A stretch of 32,000 nt of DNA. It comes from Desulfotalea psychrophila LSv54 (GTDB lineage: Bacteria > Desulfobacterota > Desulfobulbia > Desulfobulbales > Desulfocapsaceae). The notes under the pieces are model-generated. The model did no database searches and had not been told where the DNA came from. It saw nothing but the letters and a program-made list of their open reading frames with translations. Location: assembly GCF_000025945.1 (NCBI RefSeq), contig NC_006138.1:1260001-1292000 (forward strand), given 5' to 3'. The position numbers were made by a program, and so were the translations under genes. Of the stretch, positions 23,177-31,229 are shown in pieces (within the stretch, counting starts at the first letter, position 1; every line of letters begins with the position of its first letter).

Positions 23177-23959
23177 ATGTCTCCAAGTGTTCCAGTTAGA
23201 TCCATAGTCGTGAAGAATGCAGATGAAATAGCCTTGATGTATGAGGCGAATCAGCATGTGGCTGCTGTTTTAAAGACATTGATGAGTGTTGTTGATGTTG
23301 GCCAGACTACCTGGGAGCTTGATAAAATTGCAGAGGATTACTGCAAAAAAAATAAAATGAGACCGGCTTTTAAGGGATATAATGGTTTTCCAGGATGCCT
23401 TTGCGTATCCGTTAACGAAGAAGTTGTCCATGGTATCCCTTCGCGGAAAAAAAAGCTGAAAAAAGGTGATATTGTCTCTGTTGATTTCGGTGTTGAATAT
23501 CGAGGTTACTACGGTGATTCTGCTGTGACCATTCCTGTTGGTCAAATATCTGCTGAGGCTAAGAAGCTTTTGCAGGTAACAGATGAGTCGTTGCACAGAG
23601 GCATTGCCCAGGCAGTAGCGGGCAATAGAATATCTGATATCTCCAAGGCAGTGCAACAGCATGCTGAAGCTCATGGCTTTGGTGTTGTGCGTCAGTTCGT
23701 AGGACACGGTATCGGGAGCGACCTACATGAAGCTCCCGAAATACCTAATTTCTACTCAGGAGAACGTTCTCCGCGGCTTTTGCCGGGAATGGTACTGGCA
23801 ATAGAGCCTATGCTCAATGTTGGAACAGCGAATGTTAAGGTGTTGCGAGATGGTTGGACAGTGGTAACTGCTGATCATCGTTTTTCCGCTCATTTTGAAC
23901 ATACGGTTGCGGTGACGGAAGAGGCACCTAGGGTACTGAGTTCACGAGAAATTGCATAA
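23177..23959 (+). CDS. map: Methionine aminopeptidase, type I
   Basis: GYNGFPGCLCVSVNEEVVHGIPS, SVDFGVEYRGYYGDSAVT, FVGHGIGSDLHEAPEIPNF, GMVLAIEPM. Confidence 0.96.
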   Translation: MSPSVPVRSIVVKNADEIALMYEANQHVAAVLKTLMSVVDVGQTTWELDKIAEDYCKKNKMRPAFKGYNGFPGCLCVSVNEEVVHGIPSRKKKLKKGDIVSVDFGVEYRGYYGDSAVTIPVGQISAEAKKLLQVTDESLHRGIAQAVAGNRISDISKAVQQHAEAHGFGVVRQFVGHGIGSDLHEAPEIPNFYSGERSPRLLPGMVLAIEPMLNVGTANVKVLRDGWTVVTADHRFSAHFEHTVAVTEEAPRVLSSREIA

Positions 23960-23979
23960 TGTAAGATAGTTACATTATG
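23955..23979 (+). promoter_or_regulatory. Perfect 10-bp inverted repeat overlapping the map stop codon
   Basis: CATAATGTAA-gatag-TTACATTATG. Confidence 0.6.
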
Positions 23980-24120
23980 TTAATAAGGGTTAAAAAAGAG
24001 CTCCAATAGGAGATAGTGTTTAGCGGGGTTTGTGGGTGGGGTAAAGAAAGGTTGTTTTTGTTTGGAAACATGCGATATTGTCTCTTTTTAACATTTTAAG
24101 AACTAATGTCAGAGGCCTCC

Positions 24121-24357
24121 ATGGCAAAAGAAGAAGCTATTGAAGTTGAAGGTACCATTATTGAGCCCTTGCCTAATGCGATGTTTCGTGTTGAATTGGA
24201 CAATGGCCATAAGGTACTGGCACATATTTCAGGTAAGATGCGAATGCACTTTATTAAAATTTTACCTGGTGATAGAGTAACTGTTGAGTTATCTCCTTAC
24301 GATTTAACAAGGGGAAGGGTTACTTTTCGGACAAAAAATACTAAAAAGAAAAAATAG
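24121..24357 (+). CDS. infA: Translation initiation factor IF-1
   Basis: [70 protein letters not shown]. Confidence 0.97.
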
Positions 24358-24371
24358 AGAGTTTGTTTATC

Positions 24372-24485
24372 ATGAAAGTACGCGCATCTGTTAAAAAAAT
24401 TTGCAGTGACTGTAAGGTTTATAAGCGCAATGGTGTAGTTCGCGTATCCTGTAAAGTTAAAAAACATAAGCAGAGGCAGGGATAA
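24372..24485 (+). CDS. rpmJ: 50S ribosomal protein L36 (37 aa; not in supplied ORF track)
   Basis: Hand translation: [37 protein letters not shown], zinc-form Cys/Cys/Cys/His pattern. Confidence 0.96.
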   Translation: MKVRASVKKICSDCKVYKRNGVVRVSCKVKKHKQRQG

Positions 24486-24539
24486 ACAAAGTTTGTAACT
24501 AACTTTTTTAATTACCTACTTCTTTTGAGGAGATAGACC

Positions 24540-24905
24540 TTGGCACGTATAGCAGGAATAGACCTTCCTAAAAATAAACACATTGATAGGGCACTTACCT
24601 ATATTCATGGCATTGGATTGACATCAGCTCGTAAGATTCTTGATGCAGTTGAATTACCATACACCATGAATTCAGACGATTTGGATGGCGAAACCGTCAA
24701 CCGTATCCGTAAGGTTATCGAGGCAGATTATACCGTAGAGGGTGATCGTCGCCGTGAAGTTTCTATGGACATTAAGAGACTCACCGACCTTGGTTGTTAC
24801 CGTGGACGTCGTCATCGTATGGGCTTGCCTTGTCGTGGTCAAAAGACTAAGACTAATGCCCGGACACGTAAGGGACCACGTCGTGGTGCCGCTCGTCGGA
24901 AATAA
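24540..24905 (+). CDS. rpsM: 30S ribosomal protein S13
   Basis: TTG start with gaggaga upstream; [26 protein letters not shown]...[27 protein letters not shown]. Confidence 0.99.
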   Translation: MARIAGIDLPKNKHIDRALTYIHGIGLTSARKILDAVELPYTMNSDDLDGETVNRIRKVIEADYTVEGDRRREVSMDIKRLTDLGCYRGRRHRMGLPCRGQKTKTNARTRKGPRRGAARRK

Positions 24906-24918
24906 TTGATAACTCTTG

Positions 24919-24938
24919 TCTCTCTTTTGCAAGAGAGA
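24919..24938 (+). promoter_or_regulatory. Short hairpin after rpsM
   Basis: TCTCTCTT-TTGC-AAGAGAGA. Confidence 0.55.
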
Positions 24939-24953
24939 TAATGAATTGTGAGA

Positions 24954-24990
24954 CTTAGGAGATATAAAGTTTATGCTTATATCTCCTAAG
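24954..24990 (+). promoter_or_regulatory. Perfect 14-bp inverted repeat between rpsM and rpsK
   Basis: CTTAGGAGATATAA (24954-24967) - AGTTTATGC - TTATATCTCCTAAG (24977-24990). Confidence 0.75.
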
Positions 24991-25011
24991 GTCATATGAA
25001 AAGGTGTAGAT

Positions 25012-25392
25012 ATGGCAGTTGCAAAAAAGAGAAAGGTAAAAAAGAATATCCCAGAAGGGATTGTTTATATTTATTCTACCTTCAATAATACCATTGTTAC
25101 CATCTCAGACAAGCAGGGAAACGTGGTTTCTTGGTGTAGCGCTGGTGTTCTTGGCTTTAAAGGTTCTCGTAAGAGTACTCCTTTTGCAGCCCAGAATGCG
25201 CTTGCTGATGCAGCGAAGAAAGCTGCTGATTGTGGTATGAGAAAAGTAGAAGTTAAAGTGAAAGGACCAGGACCTGGTCGTGAAGCTGCTCTACGTGCTT
25301 TGGTAAGTACCGGTTTTGAGGTAAGTCGCATTTATGATGTTACCCCAGTTCCTCACAATGGATGTAAACCACCTAAACGTCGCCGCGTATAA
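25012..25392 (+). CDS. rpsK: 30S ribosomal protein S11
   Basis: [49 protein letters not shown]...[15 protein letters not shown]...[18 protein letters not shown]. Confidence 0.99.
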   Translation: MAVAKKRKVKKNIPEGIVYIYSTFNNTIVTISDKQGNVVSWCSAGVLGFKGSRKSTPFAAQNALADAAKKAADCGMRKVEVKVKGPGPGREAALRALVSTGFEVSRIYDVTPVPHNGCKPPKRRRV

Positions 25393-25439
25393 TTTCGCAA
25401 CGTTATGCTGGTGAAAATATTTGAAATGGAGGCCTAAAG

Positions 25440-26072
25440 TTGGCTAGAAATATAGGGGCTGTATGTCGCCGTTGTCGACGAGAAAATTTGAAGTTGTTTC
25501 TAAAGGGCGATCGTTGTTATTCTGACAAATGTTCTTTTGAGAGACGTGCTTTCGCACCGGGACAACATGGTCAGGCAAGATTTAAGAAAGTGTCTGATTA
25601 CGCTGTTCAGTTGCGTGAGAAGCAAAAAGTTAAGAGCATGTACGGTGTTCTTGAGGCTCAATTTCGTTTGACCTTCGAGAAAGCTGAAGCTCAGAAAGGT
25701 GTGGCTGGCGAGAATCTTTTGATTCTTCTTGAACGACGTCTTGATAATGCTGTTTTTCGTGCAGGTTTTGCTTCTTCTAGAACTCAAGCGCGTCAAATTG
25801 TTCGTCACAAGCATATCTTGATAAATGGAAAAAGAGTTGATATTCCTTCTTATCAAGTATCTGAGGGCGATGTTATCTCCCTGAGAGAAAAGAGTCGTGC
25901 TAACGCAGGTGTTGTTGATAACCTCGAAGCAGTTGTTCGTCGTGGTGTTCCAACCTGGCTTGAGTTAGACAAGGACAACTTTAAGGCATCTGTAAAAGCT
26001 CTTCCTAACAGAGAAGAAATTACCATGCCTATTCAGGAAAGATTGATTGTAGAGCTTTACTCTAAGAATTAA
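25440..26072 (+). CDS. rpsD: 30S ribosomal protein S4 (zinc-type N-terminus)
   Basis: TTG start; [36 protein letters not shown]; S4 domain [44 protein letters not shown]. Confidence 0.98.
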   Translation: MARNIGAVCRRCRRENLKLFLKGDRCYSDKCSFERRAFAPGQHGQARFKKVSDYAVQLREKQKVKSMYGVLEAQFRLTFEKAEAQKGVAGENLLILLERRLDNAVFRAGFASSRTQARQIVRHKHILINGKRVDIPSYQVSEGDVISLREKSRANAGVVDNLEAVVRRGVPTWLELDKDNFKASVKALPNREEITMPIQERLIVELYSKN

Positions 26073-26086
26073 TCTGCTTTTTTACT

Positions 26087-26121
26087 CGGTGGATGTGCTG
26101 TTTTGCGTCCACCGATGTTTT
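26087..26121 (+). terminator. Terminator/attenuator-like hairpin between rpsD and rpoA
   Basis: CGGTGGATG (26087-26095) / CGTCCACCG (26106-26114), one G-T pair, followed by ATGTTTTGTTTT. Confidence 0.5.
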
Positions 26122-26187
26122 GTTTTCTGTCTTGTCCATTTGGTCGATATTAACCTGATTAAAACAAGCTAACAGAGAAGGATACCC

Positions 26188-27219
26188 ATGACCCAGGAAA
26201 TCGACGAAAAAATACCTGTTTATCGTAATTGGCATGAGCTGATCAGACCCGAAAAAGTAGAAATTGATCAGAGTAATCATTCTGAAACCTACGGTAAATT
26301 TATCTGTCAACCGCTTGAGCGTGGCTTTGCGACGACAATCGGTAACTCTTTGCGAAGGATCCTTCTGTCTTCTATTCAGGGTGCAGCTATTACCACTGTA
26401 AAGATAGAGGGCGCTTTGCATGAACTTACATCCATGAAGGACGTTAAAGAGGATGTAAGTGAGATTATTCTCAATCTTAAGCAGGTTCGTTTAAAGCTTA
26501 ATTGCGAAGAGTCTCAAACAGTACGTATTGAAAAACAAGGACCAGGACCTGTTGTTGCTGGTGATATTATTCCATCTGCATTCGTTGAAATCATGAACGA
26601 AGATCATATTCTCTGTAATCTTACAAGTGATATGACCTTTTGTGCTGAGTTGACTGTCGAATGGGGTAAAGGATATCAACCTGCTGAAAATCAAGAGAAA
26701 GATGACCTCACCGTAGGTCAGATTCCCATTGATGCGATCTTTACTCCTGTAAAGAAAATTCAGTATGTTGTCTCTTCTGCCCGTGTTGGTCAACAGACTG
26801 ATTATGATAAGTTGACCTACGAGATAGAAACAGATGGTAGCGTACGACCTGAAGATGCTTTGGCTTACTCGGCAAAGATTCTTAAGGAGCAGCTTGATAT
26901 TTTTATTAACTTTGATGAAACTGCGGTCGAGCCTGAAAAGAAAGCTGTTGAGACCGAAGAGAAGCAGGAAAATCCTTATCTCGACAAGCCTGTTGAAGAT
27001 CTTGAATTATCTGTACGTTCTGCAAACTGTCTCAAGAATGCGGATATCAATTTTATCGGTGATTTGGTACAGAGAACTGATCAGGAAATGTTGAAGACCA
27101 AGAACTTTGGTCGTAAATCTCTTAACGAGATTAAAACATTGTTACAAGATATGGATTTGACCCTTGGTGTGAAGCTTGAGGGTTGGAATGCTCCTTCTGA
27201 TGCAGAGACTGAAGAATAA
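26188..27219 (+). CDS. rpoA: DNA-directed RNA polymerase subunit alpha
   Basis: FICQPLERGFATTIGNSLRRILLSSIQGAA; C-terminal domain DLELSVRSANCLKNADINFIGDLVQRTDQEMLKTKNFGRKSLNEIK. Confidence 0.98.
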   Translation: MTQEIDEKIPVYRNWHELIRPEKVEIDQSNHSETYGKFICQPLERGFATTIGNSLRRILLSSIQGAAITTVKIEGALHELTSMKDVKEDVSEIILNLKQVRLKLNCEESQTVRIEKQGPGPVVAGDIIPSAFVEIMNEDHILCNLTSDMTFCAELTVEWGKGYQPAENQEKDDLTVGQIPIDAIFTPVKKIQYVVSSARVGQQTDYDKLTYEIETDGSVRPEDALAYSAKILKEQLDIFINFDETAVEPEKKAVETEEKQENPYLDKPVEDLELSVRSANCLKNADINFIGDLVQRTDQEMLKTKNFGRKSLNEIKTLLQDMDLTLGVKLEGWNAPSDAETEE

Positions 27220-27321
27220 GAGCGCTTTCTCTAGGGACGCTTTGTCTTTGGTGTAGTGCTAAGAAATTTTAGATAGTAAGTGCATTTACTTTAATTACAT
27301 AGTGGTGCTGAGGATTATAAG

Positions 27322-27711
27322 ATGAGACATCGTTATTCAGGAAGAAAATTAGGTCGTACCAGTTCGCATAGAGATGCTATGTTCAGGAACATGGTTACTT
27401 CATTGTTTGAGCATGAGCGCATTGTTACCACCAAAGAGAAAGCAAAAGAGCTTCGTCCTATCGCAGAGAAGATGATTACTCTTGGCAAGCGTGGAGATCT
27501 TCATGCTCGTCGTCAGGCTTTGAGCTATGTTAGATGTGCAGGCGTGGTTCATAAGCTTTTCGGTGAAATTGCTGAGCAATTTGCTGATCGTAAAGGCGGT
27601 TATACCCGTATTATCCAAACTGGTGTTCGTCGTGGCGATAACGCTTCTATGGCTATCATCGAGTTGGTTGGTTACGACGAGACTGTTGCTGCTGCAACGA
27701 CCGAAGCGTAA
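27322..27711 (+). CDS. rplQ: 50S ribosomal protein L17
   Basis: [59 protein letters not shown]. Confidence 0.98.
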   Translation: MRHRYSGRKLGRTSSHRDAMFRNMVTSLFEHERIVTTKEKAKELRPIAEKMITLGKRGDLHARRQALSYVRCAGVVHKLFGEIAEQFADRKGGYTRIIQTGVRRGDNASMAIIELVGYDETVAAATTEA

Positions 27712-27763
27712 TTATATCGATTGAAGACTATGTGGTTTTAATCGCATAGAGCTTTTGATAGAG

Positions 27764-27808
27764 AGGGACTGAAAGGAATTTATTCCTCTCAGTCCCTTTT
27801 TTTTTGTT
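27764..27808 (+). terminator. Rho-independent terminator after rplQ
   Basis: GGGACTGA-a-AGGAA-ttta-TTCCT-c-TCAGTCCC followed by a run of T. Confidence 0.9.
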
Positions 27809-27923
27809 TGCTCAAGGGGCGCGGGCGAAAGTGAGCGTTTTTGCTCCTCTGTGTCAGGCCTTGATTATGGCGACAATTCTCAGGAAAGCACAGATTTTCA
27901 ACGACCCATTGCAATATATCTCA

Positions 27924-27952
27924 TTGCATGGTACATAGTCTTAGCTTTAAAT
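27924..27952 (+). promoter_or_regulatory. Candidate promoter for rpsB-tsf
   Basis: TTGCAT - 17 nt - TTAAAT, downstream of the rplQ terminator and about 190 nt before rpsB. Confidence 0.35.
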
Positions 27953-27985
27953 TAAGGGAAGTATTTCTTTTCTTAATGAATAATT

Positions 27986-28006
27986 TCTCCTCCCCTGTGG
28001 AGGAGA
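27986..28006 (+). promoter_or_regulatory. Hairpin in rpsB leader
   Basis: TCTCCTCC (27986-27993) / GGAGGAGA (27999-28006), CCTGT loop. Confidence 0.55.
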
Positions 28007-28140
28007 GTAACCAAGAGGGTATCTACCCAATAATGGGGACTTATCTTCTCGTATTACTAACACACACATCTTCATCTACTCTGGTGTTATCTCAAGAGAT
28101 GACTACGAAGATGGCGGAAAAACCAGAACGGAGAACTATT

Positions 28141-28912
28141 ATGAGTCAAGTAACAGTAAAGGACATGCTTCAGGCAGGCCTGCATTTCGGTCACCAAACC
28201 CGCAGATGGAATCCAAAAATGAAGCCATATATCTATGGCCCACGTAATGGTATCTATATTGTAAACCTTGATCTTACCAAGCGTCTCTTTGACAAAGCTT
28301 GTGAATTTATTTCAAGTAACGTGAAAAACGAGGGTTCTGTTCTTTTCGTAGGTACTAAGCGTCAGGCACAATCCATCATTAAGGAAGAAGCTCGCCGATG
28401 TGGTCAGTACTATGTTGATCACCGCTGGTTGGGTGGTATGCTTACCAACTTCCAAACCATCAAGAACAGCATTGATCGTTTGAAGTCCATCGAAGCAATG
28501 CAAGAAGATGGTTCTATCAACCGTTTTCCAAAGAAAGAAATTCTTTTGATGGGAAAAGAGCGTGTTAAGCTTGAGCGTAACGTTGGTGGTATCAAAGACA
28601 TGCGTGCCTTACCTGCTGTAATCGTTATCGTAGATCCTCGTAAAGAGTCTATTGCTGTTAGCGAAGCTGGCAAATTGGGTATTCCTGTTGTTGCCCTTAC
28701 CGATACTAACTGTGATCCAGACGGTATTGACTACCGTAATCCCAGGCAACGATGATGCAATTCGTTCTATCCGTCTTATCTGTAATGAAATTGCAGAGGT
28801 TGTGCTTGCAAGTCAGGCAGAACGTGATGGTGACGAAGCATCTGAAGAGGCAATTGCTGCTGCTATGGGTGATACCGTAAGCGAGATGGCAGAGAAGACC
28901 GAAGAAGCATAG
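28141..28912 (+). pseudogene. rpsB: 30S ribosomal protein S2, frameshifted near C-terminus as written (probable sequence error)
   Basis: ATG 28141 after cggagaactatt: [33 protein letters not shown]...; frame breaks at ~28734/28735 after CDPDGIDY; [32 protein letters not shown]... continues in next frame to 28912. Confidence 0.94.
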
Positions 28913-28924
28913 TGGCACCATATT

Positions 28925-28961
28925 AATTCTATCGTTTTTTCTATAGAATTCTGCGATAGAA
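28925..28961 (+). promoter_or_regulatory. Overlapping alternative hairpins in rpsB-tsf gap
   Basis: AATTCTAT (28925-28932)/ATAGAATT (28943-28950) versus TTCTATCG (28927-28934)/CGATAGAA (28954-28961). Confidence 0.5.
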
Positions 28962-28968
28962 GGTAACG

Positions 28969-28998
28969 AAAGGGGCTGTCTATTGACTTGCCCCTTTT
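28969..28998 (+). terminator. Terminator-like hairpin upstream of tsf
   Basis: AAAGGGGC (28969-28976) / GCCCCTTT (28990-28997), then TG TTG (short T tail). Confidence 0.5.
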
Positions 28999-29078
28999 GT
29001 TGTGTGGACAGAAGATGTCGCTGTGGTTTGTTTTGGTTGCGGCATAGACGATGAGAGCAAAATTTTTGGAGAGTTAGA

Positions 29079-29669
29079 ATGGCTATTACAAGCAAGATGG
29101 TAAAAGAGCTTAGAGATAAAACAGCTGCAGGTATGATGGACTGTAAAAAAGCTCTTACCGAGACCGATGGTGATATGGAAAAAGCAGTGGACCTTCTTCG
29201 TCAGAAGGGTCTTGCCGTTGCTGCTAAGCGCGCAGGTCGTGCTACAAGTGAAGGTACCATTCAGACCTATATTCATGGTGCTAAGATTGGTGTTATGATT
29301 GAGGTTGGTTGTGAGACTGACTTTGTTGCAAAGAACGAAGAATTTTGCAAATTTGCAAAAGACATTGCAATGCACATTGCAGCTGTAAACCCCATTGCTG
29401 TAAGCCGTGAGGGTATTCCTGCCGAGGTTATTGAGCGTGAGAAGGCAATTTACGTTCAGCAAGCTCTCGATTCTGGTAAGCCAGAAGCGATTGTTGAGAA
29501 GATGGTTGTTGGTAAAGTAGAGAAGTTTATTGGCGAAATTTGTCTTGTTGAACAAAAATTCGTAATGAACCCTGATCTTACCGTACAAGACCTTCTTAAT
29601 GAACTTGTAGCCAAGATGGGTGAGAATATCTCCATTAAGCGTTTTGCTCGTTTTCAAGTAGGTGCCTAA
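29079..29669 (+). CDS. tsf: Elongation factor Ts (short form, 196 aa)
   Basis: MAITSKMVKELRDKTAAGMMDCKKALTETDGDMEKAVDLLRQKGLAVAAKRAGRATSEG...GVMIEVGCETDFVAKNEEF. Confidence 0.98.
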   Translation: MAITSKMVKELRDKTAAGMMDCKKALTETDGDMEKAVDLLRQKGLAVAAKRAGRATSEGTIQTYIHGAKIGVMIEVGCETDFVAKNEEFCKFAKDIAMHIAAVNPIAVSREGIPAEVIEREKAIYVQQALDSGKPEAIVEKMVVGKVEKFIGEICLVEQKFVMNPDLTVQDLLNELVAKMGENISIKRFARFQVGA

Positions 29670-29680
29670 TTTGTACTTTT

Positions 29681-29720
29681 TGTTGCCTCAAAATTTTTTG
29701 AGGCAACATTTTTCTTTTCT
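29681..29720 (+). terminator. Intrinsic terminator or attenuator between tsf and pyrH
   Basis: Inverted repeat TGTTGCCTCAAAA (29681-29693) / TTTTGAGGCAACA (29696-29708), followed by TTTTTCTTTTC. Confidence 0.85.
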
Positions 29721-29746
29721 TCCTTACTATCCACATGAGGTTTATT

Positions 29747-30460
29747 ATGCCCATTAAATATAAAAGAATGTTGCTTAAATTGAGTGGCGAAGCCCTCATG
29801 GGTAAAGACTCTTATGGAATCAATACCGGAGTTTTGGAGTTTGTTGCCGGCGAAATAAAAGAGCTTGTGGCAATGGGCGTTGAGCTGGGTGTTGTTGTTG
29901 GTGCCGGCAATATTTTTAGGGGTATGGCTGGGGCAAGTAAGGGAATGGATCGTGCGACAGCCGATAATATGGGAATGCTCGCCACAGTAATGAATAGTCT
30001 CGCCATGCAGGATGCGCTTGAGCGTAGCGGGGTCATCACTCGGGCTATGTCGGCTATTCCTATGCAATCGATTTGTGAATCTTATATTAGAAGGCGAGCA
30101 ACCAGACATCTTGAAAAAGGTCGAGTGGTTATCTTTGCTGCTGGTACCGGTAATCCCTATTTTACCACTGACTCGGCGGGTGTCCTGCGTGCCCTGGAGA
30201 TTGATGCTGATATCGTGGTTAAGGCGACCAAGGTTGATGGTGTCTATGATAAGGATCCTATGATTCATGATGATGCTGTCAAGTTTGAGCATCTTACCTA
30301 TGACGATGTCCTGCGTAAGGGACTGAAGGTCATGGATGCTGCTGGAATTGCCTTGGCAAAAGACGATGACAAGCCTATTATGGTGCTGAATATGAGTGTT
30401 GCTGGTAATATGAAAAAAGCTGCACTTGGTGAACGTGTTGGGACACTTATTACTGCGTAA
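29747..30460 (+). CDS. pyrH: Uridylate kinase
   Basis: [15 protein letters not shown]...[11 protein letters not shown]...[25 protein letters not shown]...[26 protein letters not shown] 29747 preceded by tgagg. Confidence 0.97.
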   Translation: MPIKYKRMLLKLSGEALMGKDSYGINTGVLEFVAGEIKELVAMGVELGVVVGAGNIFRGMAGASKGMDRATADNMGMLATVMNSLAMQDALERSGVITRAMSAIPMQSICESYIRRRATRHLEKGRVVIFAAGTGNPYFTTDSAGVLRALEIDADIVVKATKVDGVYDKDPMIHDDAVKFEHLTYDDVLRKGLKVMDAAGIALAKDDDKPIMVLNMSVAGNMKKAALGERVGTLITA

Positions 30461-30532
30461 GAGCTCCAAGGGTAATGTGTAGCTGTTTACTACTTATAAG
30501 AAAATTTTCATTTTATAGATGAGGTTAACCCC

Positions 30533-31087
30533 ATGAGTGAAGTTATTGTAGAGATGAGTGGCAGGATGGCGAAGAGTGTTGAAGCTTTTAAAAATGATTT
30601 ATCCAGGGTCCGTACCGGCCGTGCCTCGATTTCTATTCTTGATGATATTACCGTTGTTGCTTACGGTAGCACCATGCCTCTGAACCAGGTTGCGACCTTG
30701 ACCATCCCGGAATCTCGTATGATTGCTTTGCAACCATGGGACCCGCAAATGATACCGCCCATTGAAAAAGCTATCCTTAAGTCAGGCCTTGGACTTAATC
30801 CGGTAAATGATGGCAAGGTTGTTCGTTTGAATATTCCTCAACTTACCGAAGATCGTCGTAAAGATCTGGTCAAGCAGGTAAAGAAAATCGCTGAGGAGTT
30901 TCGGGTAGCAATCCGCAACGTTCGACGTGACGCCATTGATACCCTTAAGTTGCAAAAGAAGGATAAGGAGATATCTGAGGACGATCTGTTCAAATTGCAG
31001 GATGATGCTCAGAAAGAGACCGATATTTACATCAAGCAGTTGGATGAGGTTAGTGCCTCTAAAGAAAAAGAAGTGATGGAAGTATAG
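30533..31087 (+). CDS. frr: Ribosome recycling factor
   Basis: MAKSVEAFKNDLSRVRTGRASISILDDITVVAYGSTMPLNQVATLTIPESRMIALQPWD...IRNVRRDAIDTLKLQKKDKEISEDD. Confidence 0.98.
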   Translation: MSEVIVEMSGRMAKSVEAFKNDLSRVRTGRASISILDDITVVAYGSTMPLNQVATLTIPESRMIALQPWDPQMIPPIEKAILKSGLGLNPVNDGKVVRLNIPQLTEDRRKDLVKQVKKIAEEFRVAIRNVRRDAIDTLKLQKKDKEISEDDLFKLQDDAQKETDIYIKQLDEVSASKEKEVMEV

Positions 31088-31229
31088 GCTTTGATGTTTT
31101 TGCTGTAATGATTAAAAAATATGAGTACAGGCACCGAACAGCTTGCCCGGTTTATACATTTTATGTTTTAAGTCATGACATCCCCCTAGGGGACGTGAAG
31201 CTTTTTTCATGGACACAAATGGAGAATAT

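Noticed and set aside
27928-28140. N-terminal extension of rpsB proposed by the ORF track
   Set aside because: S2 homology starts at [22 protein letters not shown] (28141) with a good SD; the upstream portion reads like leader sequence.
31173-31208. Possible terminator between frr and uppS (TCCCC-CTA-GGGGA followed later by TTTTTT)
   Set aside because: Stem is only 5 bp with a 3-nt loop, and 9 nt separate it from the T-run; not enough support.
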